Shown piece after piece: positions 1 through 20,729 of a DNA stretch of 64,000 nucleotides. The notes under the pieces were generated by a model that saw nothing but the letters and a program-made list of their open reading frames with translations, was not told the DNA's origin and made no database searches. Location of the stretch: the NCBI GenBank assembly GCA_037447605.1, contig CM074820.1, forward strand, positions 248,001-312,000, given 5' to 3'. The position numbers and the translations under genes were made by a program. The stretch comes from Zygnema circumcarinatum SAG 698-1b. Taxonomy: Eukaryota; Plantae; Zygnematophyceae. The number at the start of each line of letters is the position of its first letter. Positions within the stretch are counted from its first letter, which is position 1.

Positions 1-9203
<9,203 letters not shown>

Positions 9204-10548
9204 AGCTGCTGGATTCAACTAAAAAATTACGCCTTCCTTTCTTCAAAACACCTCTTGCTTTCAACAATTTGTTAAATTTTTTTACAGTGGTGGCCGTCAG
9301 ATATATCCAGCGTTAAGCGCCCCCTGAAACCCTAAATCGAGCCAGCCTCTGAGAGCGCACTGCAAGGCTCCTGCACACAGCTGTCTGCCTGGCCTGCAAG
9401 CCAACGGTTCAAGCTTGATTCGGATCCACTCAGAATCCAAGGATCAAGCGATTCTGGGTCCACTTTCACGAGCGGTGGTGGGCTCTTGAACCGGTGGATT
9501 TAAGGTTAAATCACTTAAACAAATCTCAAACTCTCCCATAAATAAGGGACCCCCTATTTGAGGCGGCCTGTATGACCGTTGAGTGTACGGTTTTACATTT
9601 GGTTCCATGCACTACAAATTGACAAAATAGTTTCCAGCTGCGTACAGTAAAGAGCTTACAGTATGGTCTAGAGAGATCGTTGGAACTGTAACTGGACTGT
9701 AGTTTCGTGGTTTTCCCTTTGGAGGGCATAATTGGCAATTTAACTGCAACTGTATTCGTCAAATTTTCTGGCTTATGCCACGAAGCGATTGGCCGACATA
9801 TGCGATGACATGTCATTTGATTCTGTTAAATCGTGCGGAGTGCTCCCGTGCCGTTGGATCCCTCCGTTCCTTAGAGCATATCGCTACCGTTGAAGTGCTT
9901 CTTCCAAGAGGGTGGACCCATGGACACGTGTCCGCCGTTAGATTTGTACATGGCGTAAGGAGACGTATCTGAGCCGTTGATTCTACACCGACTGGTGCTG
10001 TTCGTCCCTTCGCGATGGCAGACTACACGCACACTGCCGAACACTAGCGACACCTCACTAGCGAGGTATTTTTCAATCGTGAGTCGCCACGTGTACAATT
10101 GTATCCCCAAAATTGGACAAAAAGCCATGATCTTACCTACTGTACCAACAGCAGTACGGTACACCAAAAGTCAGTTTTTTGTCACGTCACGTTAAGTATT
10201 TTTGTCGTTTTATACACGTCAACCGCCAGCGTGGCACTCACGAACCCGCCGGCCGCCGTCAGTGTCCGAATGGACGTCTCAACCGACTTCAACCTTCGTA
10301 CGGTTTCGGAAGTGAACCGTACAAGTCGGGCCGAAGTGTACCTTTTCCTGTCTATTCGTACACTTTTGTACGCCTGATTCAGTTACATGTACGGTTTGTA
10401 CGGATGTCCCTTTCCAAAGGGCTCGTTTTTCCCGCCCCCTTCGTCTTCCTGCTGGGACGGTTGCTGCGCTGCCTTTCCAAGACACGTGGCAGCCGGGGAG
10501 GGCATCTTGGAAGACTAGTCTTGGAAGAAAATGTAGACACATGCTTGC

Positions 10549-10616
<68 letters not shown>

Positions 10617-10835
10617 TTGACCTGCGCTTCTTAAGAACTTTTTACATCATTGGACTGTAAAATTCTCCAGCATTGCTCGCTCGTCTGTTTCAGTTTGTAA
10701 ATGAAACTGAAGCTGTTGTAAATCTCGAAAAATTTGAAACCCTAAAATGTAGCATCTTCAGACATGCTGCAGAGTTTTCAGGGGAGATTTAGCAAACCCT
10801 AATTTTCTCCATGCAAACCTTTAGCTCCTGAATCC

Positions 10836-13600
10836 ATGGTTTCCTCATCTCCTTATAGCCAGCCATGGCTGCCGCAGAAGCATCCTCGTCCCTCTCCCCT
10901 CCCCTCCAAAAGCCCTCTCTCCCACAGCTCTCCTCCTCCGCCATGGCTTCGCAGCCGCCTCTCTCGCAAGCGCGCAGCCCTGGCCGCCCTCCATGTCCCA
11001 TTGGTCGGGAAACTCCTCGCTGGTGCCATTCTGGAGCGCCACGTGTCAGGCAGAACTCTTCTTGCCTCCTTCCTCTCTCTCTCTCTCCTCCTCTTCCTCT
11101 TGCAGACTGTCTGTTACAACAGCCTCTCGCAGAGTGCCAGCTGGCACCGAGCCGGAGCACCACATGTCTTGCATCCGGCAGGCATGGCTCGCACGCATAG
11201 TGAAGGAAATAATATAGGAGGAATAGGTCTCGCAGAAGCAGGAGCTGTGAGAAATGTAACAGGAGTAGGAGTAGTAGGAAGAGGAGCAGGAGTAGGAGCA
11301 GGAGTGGGAGGAGGAGTAGGAGTAGTAGGACGAGGAGTAGGCGTAGGAGTGAGGGGAGTGGGAGGAGTGGGAGGAGGAGATGTAGGAGTAGGAGTAGTTA
11401 GCGGAGGAGTAGGAAGGGGAAGTGTGAGAGGAGAGGAGTGGGAGGGGAAGCAGGAGAGGAAGGGGAGGGAAGGTAGTTATAATGCGAAGCGGAAAGGGTG
11501 GATGCAAAGAACTGCCATGCGCATTTTAACTGATCTTTCTCACGTAGAAAGGGAGGAGCAGCCTTTGCTTCAAGCGCCCCAGCGAGCGCCTCTTATAGCG
11601 ATGGTATATCCTCTTAAAAATCAATCAATCAATTAGTCAATTAGACGTTATTAGACGTTTTCCCACTACTTTTCTCTATTTTTTCTTTTTCTTTGGGATT
11701 TCAATGGCAGTTTGGTAGAAGAGGGATTTTAAGCACATTGTTGGAAAAAGCTCATATAAAGGCTTGTTTCAATTTTTAAGCCATTAAGGGAAGCATCTGT
11801 TGACTCAGATTATAGAAATGGGTACAAATGGGGAATATGCACATTACCTTTCCTTTTTCAAAACTTAAATAAAACTTAATAGGTAAATATTTGCGTTTCC
11901 TCCATGCAGATTTGCAGAAATCTGGTGCCAGGTGGCGAAATGGTGTACATGCTTACTTTAGCAGAGGGCCTTTCAAAAGTGGGCTACAAAATTGAGGTGA
12001 GCTAAATCAAAAAAGATCTGAATGCTCATTTTTTCAAGCATATTCTTCAGATACACACATATTTACAAGAGATTAATCTCAGTTCAAGCTTGATTCTTGA
12101 AATTTCGATCTAATTGTGATTCGCTCTCGCTGGAGCTGTAGGTACTGGTTTCGGAAAAGGCAAACATTGCTATGGCCTGGCATGAGGTGGGGGCTAAAGT
12201 ACTTATTCTAAATTCCTCCACGCAAGAACCACCTGTGGTGAACTGGTTCAAGTGAGTGATGAACCCTTTGCGTGGATTTTGTGAACTACTGATTTCGAGC
12301 CCAGTTTGTGAGCTACCGATTTCATGTCGAGCGTGCCAGTCCACCGCAGTCTGGGGAGCTCACCTAGATTTTGGACTGCGGTGAATCTGAAATCAATACC
12401 TCCTTAAATCAAGTCTCCTCATTGCTTTTTAAGAGTTCGTGGGGGATTGGACGGGTTTCTTCCGAAAAGTGGATGAAAGCGAAGTACTGATTCTGATTCG
12501 GACCTGACTGAGACATAGCTCCCACTTTCAGGATTCTAAAGGATTTGGTTTCGATGCTTATTTGTCTTTTTTTTTTTTTTTTTTTTTTAAAACTTTGTAC
12601 CCTTGCTTAAATGTGTGTGTGCATTCCAATTATTGGGGTTTGGCACAGCTATGACGGAGTTATTGCCTCCTCCTTGCGGGTGGGATCAACCATGGCTGGG
12701 TAAGTCAAGCTTACAGATGACCTTTCAGCCTATTCTTTCATGTCCTTTTTTTTTTTTAAATCGCTTTCTTTTAAGCCCTCTTCTTGCAGTAACTATCAAT
12801 GCACATTATTCGTTTCTTCACTCTTCTTTTGTTTATTCCTTGTCTGCAGACTATTTCAGGATCCCTTTTCGCAGGTTCCCCTCATTTGGATTCTCCGTTC
12901 AGAGGCTCTCGCTCTCTCCCTCCCTCACTACCGTACGGCAGCCATGGCTGACCTTCATAAGCAGTGGAAAGCTGTTTTAAGCCGTGCAAATCTCGTTGTG
13001 TTTCCTTCTTATAAACTGAAGGTGCACTCTCGCTCTCCGAAATCGATGCCCCTCCCTCTCTCTCTCTCCCACTCTCTCGCTCTCCCACACTCTCTTCCTC
13101 GTTCTCTCTTGTCGGTAACGCCTATTTCGTTTTGTCCCAACTGCCAAATACAGGAAGCCTATTCTCCTTTGGACTCCGGAAACTTCCTGGCAGTTCCCTG
13201 CACCCCCCAGTGGGTGCTCGAGGCAGACCAGTTCTCTGTCTCCCACAACCGTGACGAGTTACGGAAATCCGTAGGAGTCGCAGACATAGAAATAGTGCTC
13301 GCAGCATTCGGAAGCCCTTGGGGTAAAAAAGGCCTTTGGAAAGAGCATGCAATGCTCGTGGTTTCTCTCCTTAAGGCTTTGGAAACGAAGGGGCTCGCAG
13401 TCTTCCAGAAGGACAGGTGGCACAAAAGTAAGAAAAGGGGGACGGGCCAATCACAAGTTGCCACGCTGGCAGTCCCGATTCGTCTTTTAGTGCTCGCGAA
13501 CAATGTGACGGAGAATGGTTACTCGGCTGCCCTGCAGGTGAAGCGCTAAAAATGATTCAATTTCCTTGAAAATTCCCAAATTGCACGGTTAGTAGGGACT

Positions 13601-13634
<34 letters not shown>

Positions 13635-13720
13635 TCTTTCTCTCTCTCTCTCTTCTCTCTCTCTCTCTTCTCTCTCTCTCTTCTCTCTCTCTCTCTCTCT
13701 CTTCTCTCTCTTCTCTCTCT

Positions 13721-13757
<37 letters not shown>

Positions 13758-16700
13758 CCCCGCCCTCCCTCTCGCTCACCCGTCTCTCTTCATCTGTGCA
13801 CTTTCTGCAATCTTTGTAGGCTCTTGCGTCGCATGCGGGGTTGCCAGCTGGCATTGTGCAATTGGTCGAGGATACCGACGGAGCCCTCTGGTCGGCTGAC
13901 GTGGTCCTGTCTTGTGCCACGTCAGAGCCTCCGGAATTTCCAGCCACGCTTTTGCGTTCTATGGCGTTGGGAAGGACGGTGGTGGCACCCAAATACCCAA
14001 TCATCAAACGCCAGGTGTCCCTTTCTTTGCTACTTATGTCACTATTGCTCCTCCACATCTCTTTGTGCGTGTAGAAAGAGGGAGAGGGAGGGAGACGGAG
14101 AGGGAGAGGGCGAGAGGGTGGGAGAGAATGGGAGAGGGTGAGGGATAGGGAGACGGGGAGAGGGAGAGGGGCAGGAAAAGGCAGAGAGAAGGAGAGGAAG
14201 AGAGACAGTGAGGGAGAGAAGGTGAGAGATTGGAAGGGACGACGAGGGAGAAGCAAGCGAGATGGGTAATGAGGGGGTTTCTGTGCCCAAGAAATTGAGA
14301 ATTAGGGTTAAACAATGCAAATTTCTAACTGTATATTTGTCTGAATCTGCTCCTAATTTTTCAGATTCAGCATAAGTACAACGGCATTCTGTATGACCCC
14401 GGAAGTATCGATTCTCTCTCACATGCTCTCGCTTCTATTCTCCCTTTGGACGCCGGTCGGGCCGAAAACTTTTCAGCGGCTGCCCGGACGACAGCTGTCG
14501 CCGCGGGAGCGGACGACATGGTGGTGGCCTTTGGGAAAATTTTGGAGCATCTCTTGGAGCCTTCTGCTGACGTGGCAATTCCTCATGTTCCCTCGAAGTC
14601 AGGGAAGCAGGAGAAGAGGAAAAATAAGAAATTGAAGCGCGGAGGAGGAAAGTATACTATGCAGTATGATCGTAAGAATGTAGACGATTCCTTAGAATTT
14701 TTATCCTTGCCGAGGAGGAATTATCCTCTTCAGGAGACGTGGAAATGGAGGGTAGCTGGAGGTGTGATGGATGGGGGAGAGAAGGAGAGAGAGAGGGAGG
14801 AGGCGAAGGAGGTACAGAGGGTTGAGGAGGAGTGGACGCAGCGATTGGCTATGGCTGCCTGCTTGAATTGCTCCGCTATGAACTTGAGGATGGAGGAGAT
14901 GGATGCTTTTGAGGAGAGAGAGAGCGAAGAAGAGAGAACTGAAGCGGAGTTGGAGGAACTGAGAGGAATGGAAGTAGACGAGGTAAGGGGTACTCCGCCT
15001 TCCGCCTACTCCTCTCCCTCTCCCTCCCCGTCCCCCTTTTCCACTATCTCTCCCTCTCTGATTTGTTGGAGTAAATCACGAGGGTGAGAGGGCAGCTGAC
15101 CTTCATGTCTTACATTACTTATTATGTTACTTGCTTTCTCTGATGCAGCCCTTGTTTCATTCATTTTCCTCCACTCTCCTTCTCTCACACCATCATCCTT
15201 CACCTCCTTATCCCTTATCTTCCACCCTCCTATCCTATCCACCCACCCCCCACTCCATCCTACCCATTCTCCAACTTCCTTCGAATCCCAACCTCCAACC
15301 CTAGAAAGAGACAGATCGATGCCTCAGTTCAGTCCTCAGTTTCAGTTAAACGCTGTCCCATCGTGAGTCCCTTCTCCATGTCACGACCGCTTACCTCCCC
15401 CTCGCCACGTGGCGCCTCCTTACGTTGACAGCTGGCGGACAGAGAAGAGCACTCCATTCCCCAGTTGGAGGTTCTGCGGGAGACGGTTCGGCGCTTGGAG
15501 AGAGGGACGCTACACGACAGAGAGGAGGGAGAGACCATGCGTGCAGGGCTGCCCTTCTGCCTCTACGAGCCATATAGTGGGAGAGGGGCATGGCCCTTCC
15601 TGCATAGAAACAACGTGCTGTACCGGGCTGTGGGAATGGTGAGTTGAGAGGGAAGATTTTGGAGGGGAGGGAGGGAGGGAGGGAGGGAGGGAGGGTGGAA
15701 GATGCGAGGGGGCGCAGGAGGGGGGGGGGTTGGAGGGGGAGAGGGAGGGGAGGAGGGAGGGTTGGGGAGCGGGAGGGGGGAGGAAAGGGAAGGTTGGGGA
15801 GGGGGAGGGGGAGGGAGGGGGAGATGGAAGAGGGTGAGGGAGGCAGGGGAGAGTGGGGCGCAAAGACGGAGAGGTGTTGTTGAAAGGAGGCGCAGGGAGA
15901 TGTTAGAGAGGGAGGGGCAACGGGGATGGGAAGGCGAGGGAGGGAGGTGGCGAAACCGCGAGGTGCAGAGAGGGGACGAGGGGCGAGGGTGAGAGTGAAA
16001 GAGGAGAGGAGAGTGGCAAAGCCAAGAGGGAGAGGGGAAGGGGTGGAGGGTGGGGCGGGAGTGGGAGGGAAAGGAAGGGGAGCAATGGAGGGGGGGAAGG
16101 GGAGAGGGAGGGAGGGGGAATGGAAAGCGGGTGATAGAGAGTAGAGGGTAGCTCTATTGATAGACCGATAGTGTTGAGATGCACAGCTGGGTAGAGATAA
16201 GTTCAAGGAATAGATTGATTGGGGAAAGGGAGAGGGGAGATAGCAAATGTCATAAAGTGCACTTATCAGATTTTGTATGGAGGAGCCCTGCATTCGAAAT
16301 TCTTCTAAATTAACTTAACTTAAAACTACTACTACTACTACTACTACTTAACTTTAAATTAACTTTTTTTTGGCAATTTTGTCGTTCGCATCGCTCTGCC
16401 GCAGGATCCGGCTTCCATACGAGACACCGCGGATGATTTGAATGCGACTGAACGGATTTCTGTACTGAAAAGCACATGTGACCGGGAGAAGCTGTGTGAG
16501 CTAGGAGCCATGTTCGCAGTCGCTTTCCGAATCGACAAACTTCACAGCAAACCCTTCATTGGCTTCCAACCGTGGCAAGCAGCAGCTCAGGGGGTGCGAT
16601 TATCATCTTTTATTTTTTCTATAAGGTTTATAATTTTTTTCTATTCATAACTTTTCATTCTTTCTGCTTTTCCTCTACCCCCCCCCACCCCTTTCTCATT

Positions 16701-19700
16701 TTCCCCTCGTTTTTTCCTTTCGGTATTGGAAGTGGTATTTCCCCTATTGCACGGGATTAACCGACGTGCTGAAAAGCACTCCTTGGCTTATCTTTCGCTT
16801 TTTTGGCCTATCCTGTGTTGCCAGGTGTCCCTGTCAGAGGAATCGGAACACATGCTGTGGATGGAGGCAGACAGAGGGCAGTACGGAGATGCCCTTTTTT
16901 TTTGGGTGCCCACAAGTGACCGCCCGGGGACGGCCTATCGCAGCTCGCCAAGTGGCTGGAGTTGGCGGCTCGGGCAGGGGAACGGAAAAAACGAAAACGA
17001 GCCGGAGCAGGAGCCGCAGGAGGATTTCTGGTCGACCTGCGACGCTCTCAATGCCGGAAAATGCAGGTACATGTTGGAGACAATTGGCTGAATGTATTGC
17101 AATTTTCTGATTTCGAAAACCCTAAAAACCCTAAAACCCTCAAAACCCTAAGTACCCTAAAAACCCTAAAAACCCTAGAAACCCTAAAAACCCTAAAAAC
17201 CCTACAACCCCTACAAGCCCTGCAAGGCCCTGCAGGCCCTGCAGGCCCTGCAGGCCCTGCAAGGCCACTGCAGGCCCTGCAGGCCCTGCAGGCCCTGCAG
17301 GCCCTGCAGGCCCTGCAAGGCCCTGCAGGCCCTGCAGGCCACCTGGGCCCTGCAAGGCCCACCTGGGCCCTGCAAGGCCCTACAGGCCCTGCAGGCCCTG
17401 CAGGCCCTGCAAGGCCCTACAGGCCCTGCAGGCCCTGCAAGGCCACCAGAGAAACAGAGCCACACAGCCCTACAAGCCCTTTGAGCCCTGCAAGCCCTGC
17501 AGAGCCTACTGGGCCACAGGCCACTGCAGGCCCTGCAAGGCCCTGCAGGCCACCACCCAGGCCCTGCAAGGCCCACTGGGCCACCACAGGCCACTGCAGG
17601 CCCTGCAGGCCCTGCAGGCCCTGTAAGGCCCTGTAAGGCCCTGTAAGGCCCTGTAAGGCCCTGTAAGGCCCTGTAAGGCCCTGTAAGGCCCTGTAAGGCC
17701 CTGTAAGGCCCTGTAAGGCCCTGTAAGGCCCTGTAAGGCCCTGTAAGGCCCTGTAAGGCCCTGTAAGGCCCTGTAAGGCCCTGTAAGGCCCTGTAAGGCC
17801 CTGTAAGGCCCTGTAAGGCCCTGTAAGGCCCTGTAAGGCCCTGTAAGGCCCTGTAAGGCCCTGTAAGGCCCTGTAAGGCCCTGTAAGGCCCTGTAAGGCC
17901 CTGTAAGGCCCTGTAAGGCCCTGTAAGGCCCTGTAAGGCCCTGTAAGGCCCTGTAAGGCCCTGTAAGGCCCTGTAAGGCCCTGTAAGGCCCTGTAAGGCC
18001 CTGTAAGGCCCTGTAAGGCCCTGTAAGGCCCTGTAAGGCCCTGTAAGGCCCTGTAAGGCCCTGTAAGGCCCTGTAAGGCCCTGTAAGGCCCTGTAAGGCC
18101 CTGTAAGGCCCTGTAAGGCCCTGTAAGGCCCTGTAAGGCCCTGTAAGGCCCTGTAAGGCCCTGTAAGGCCCTGTAAGGCCCTGTAAGGCCCTGTAAGGCC
18201 CTGTAAGGCCCTGTAAGGCCCTGTAAGGCCCTGTAAGGCCCTGTAAGGCCCTGTAAGGCCCTGTAAGGCCCTGTAAGGCCCTGTAAGGCCCTGTAAGGCC
18301 CTGTAAGGCCCTGTAAGGCCCTGTAAGGCCCTGTAAGGCCCTGTAAGGCCCTGTAAGGCCCTGTAAGGCCCTGTAAGGCCCTGTAAGGCCCTGTAAGGCC
18401 CTGTAAGGCCCTGTAAGGCCCTGTAAGGCCCTGTAAGGCCCTGTAAGGCCCTGTAAGGCCCTGTAAGGCCCTGTAAGGCCCTGTAAGGCCCTGTAAGGCC
18501 CTGTAAGGCCCTGTAAGGCCCTGTAAGGCCCTGTAAGGCCCTGTAAGGCCCTGTAAGGCCCTGTAAGGCCCTGTAAGGCCCTGTAAGGCCCTGTAAGGCC
18601 CTGTAAGGCCCTGTAAGGCCCTGTAAGGCCCTGTAAGGCCCTGTAAGGCCCTGTAAGGCCCTGTAAGGCCCTGTAAGGCCCTGTAAGGCCCTGTAAGGCC
18701 CTGTAAGGCCCTGTAAGGCCCTGTAAGGCCCTGTAAGGCCCTGTAAGGCCCTGTAAGGCCCTGTAAGGCCCTGTAAGGCCCTGTAAGGCCCTGTAAGGCC
18801 CTGTAAGGCCCTGTAAGGCCCTGTAAGGCCCTGTAAGGCCCTGTAAGGCCCTGTAAGGCCCTGTAAGGCCCTGTAAGGCCCTGTAAGGCCCTGTAAGGCC
18901 CTGTAAGGCCCTGTAAGGCCCTGTAAGGCCCTGTAAGGCCCTGTAAGGCCCTGTAAGGCCCTGTAAGGCCCTGTAAGGCCCTGTAAGGCCCTGTAAGGCC
19001 CTGTAAGGCCCTGTAAGGCCCTGTAAGGCCCTGTAAGGCCCTGTAAGGCCCTGTAAGGCCCTGTAAGGCCCTGTAAGGCCCTGTAAGGCCCTGGCTAACA
19101 ACCTCATGACTATCAGGAGAGTCATGATCATCATCACAATCACCATCACGACCATGACTATGAACATCATGCCCATAATAATGACCATCTTGACCATGGC
19201 TAACAACCTCATGACCATCAGGAGAGTCATGATCATCATCACAATCACCATCACGACCATGACTATGAACATCATGCCCATGATAATGACCATCTGGACC
19301 ATGGCTAACAACCTCATGACCATCAGGAGAGTCATGATCATCATCATAATCACCATCACGACCATGATGACTATGAACATCATGCACATGCTAATGACCA
19401 TCTTGACCATAGCCATGCCTATCAACATTCTGACTACCACGAGTATAGTATAGTATAGTATAGTATAACCGACTCTCCCCTCCCCTCTGAGCAGGCCCGG
19501 CACTGCTACTGCCGCATGCTAGAGCGGCTCATCAACGTATGGGCCTACCACAGCGGTAGACGCTTTGTGCATGTGAACCGAATGACAGGGCTCATGGTGG
19601 AGCATCACCCCATCATACATAGAGTCGGCCCGTCACGTCGCATGTGGAGGAACTGGTTCTTACGGCGCACTCTGAAAGGTATGGATGAAGACATGGCGGA

Positions 19701-20322
19701 AATGAGTGAGGAGGAGCCGGAGGCTATGGAAGGAAGGCTATGGCATAGAACGGGAGAGGTGTGGTGGAAAATGGTGGAGACGAGGAGGAAAGAGGCTCAG
19801 GAGGTCAGGCTGAAGCAGAAGCAGGAGTTGGCAAAGCTAAATGCTGTGGAACGGAAGCAGAAGGTTCTCGGAAAGTACAGGGCTCCGAAGCCCGGAAGGA
19901 ATGTGACTAAGCAATTTATTAGGGTCGGAGAGGACACGGTGTATGTGTTGACAGTGCCCGTGGGGAAGGGTGGAAGTGGGAGTGGGAGTGTGAGTGGAAG
20001 TGGGAGTGGAAGTGGCCTGGGGAGTGGGATTGGGAGCAGAGTGAGTGGGAGTGGGAGTGGGAGTGAAAGTGAGGGTGGGGTGGTGAGTGGGGTGGCGAGT
20101 GGGAGTGGGAGTGGTAGTGGTAGCAGCAGCAGTTACTTGAAGGGTTCTTTAGGTCAGCAATCTTTTAACAGCAGTAATAAGGAGAGTGATAGAGGAGGTA
20201 GTGATAATATTGATTTAGGAAATGTAGAGATGGAGCCGCATATTGTGAGATTAGAGGAGTCCAAGGGGATGGCAGGGAATGAGACGAATAACAACCAACA
20301 AAGAACAAGTGCCAATTTGTAA
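10836..20322 (+). CDS. GT4/Glycos_transf_1-like type II membrane glycosyltransferase, At4g01210/At5g04480 (BUP)-type; at least one internal exon missing in this assembly
   Basis: Exons: 10836-11603, 11910-11996, 12142-12251, 12649-12699, 12850-13021, 13154-13537, 13820-14014, 14365-14982, 15432 or 15465-15638, 16405-16593, 16825-17066, [gap], 19495-20322. N-terminal TM ([16 protein letters not shown]). Family motifs [104 protein letters not shown]. Confidence 0.88.
17114..17620. repeat. Degenerate telomere-like (AAAACCCTA) repeats grading into (GCAGGCCCT)/(GCAAGGCCCT) repeats
   Basis: Direct reading of the intron after the 17066 donor. Confidence 0.85.
17621..19090. repeat. Perfect tandem array (CTGTAAGGCC) x147
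   Basis: 1470 bp with exact 10-bp periodicity; no mismatch seen. Confidence 0.97.
19093..19430. repeat. Three ~105-bp tandem repeats built on CAT/GAC-CAT triplets
   Basis: GGCTAACAACCTCATGA recurs at 19093, 19198 and 19303. Confidence 0.9.
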
Positions 20323-20729
20323 TTACTGTATATTTTTTTGAAATCCAAATTAGTTAACCCCCCTCCTCTTATATCTCCCTTTTGAGTACTGCGCTTGATA
20401 GTGTGAGATTGCCCTTATGTGGCACAGATCGAGCCTGAGGGAAGGGAGAGCCTGAGCGAGATAGAGAAAGAAGGGCGAGGGAGGGAGAGTCGGAGAGGGC
20501 GGGAAGGAAAATGCGGGTGGGTGAGGGGAGTCGCAGATAAAAAGGGGGGAGGGACAGCGAAGTGCTAATACTCCAATCCAACAAACTGTACAAAACAATG
20601 TTTCATTCCTTGAATGAACTACGCTTTACGTGCGACATAGAGAGCCATAAAGTACACAGCCGTTAGCTGACCCAATTCCTTATGTACATACATTCAGCGC
20701 TCTTTCTTGCAGCTGCTTCCTATTTTTCA

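Noticed and set aside
10279-10870. Possible small spliced minus-strand gene between SPT6 and the GT4-like gene
   Set aside because: Donor- and acceptor-like sites exist, but every frame hits stops quickly, no recognisable product results, and it would overlap the GT4-like start; more likely promoter/5' UTR.
17621-19090. Possible CRISPR array
   Set aside because: Contiguous 10-bp repeats with no spacers, a eukaryotic context and no cas genes. The 24-bp array at 42231 also lacks spacers.
17417-19503. 656-aa and 665-aa ORFs of [10 protein letters not shown] repeats (collagen- or antifreeze-like appearance)
   Set aside because: TTACAGGGCC has no stop codon in any minus-strand frame, so long ORFs are automatic; the region is intronic in a plus-strand gene.
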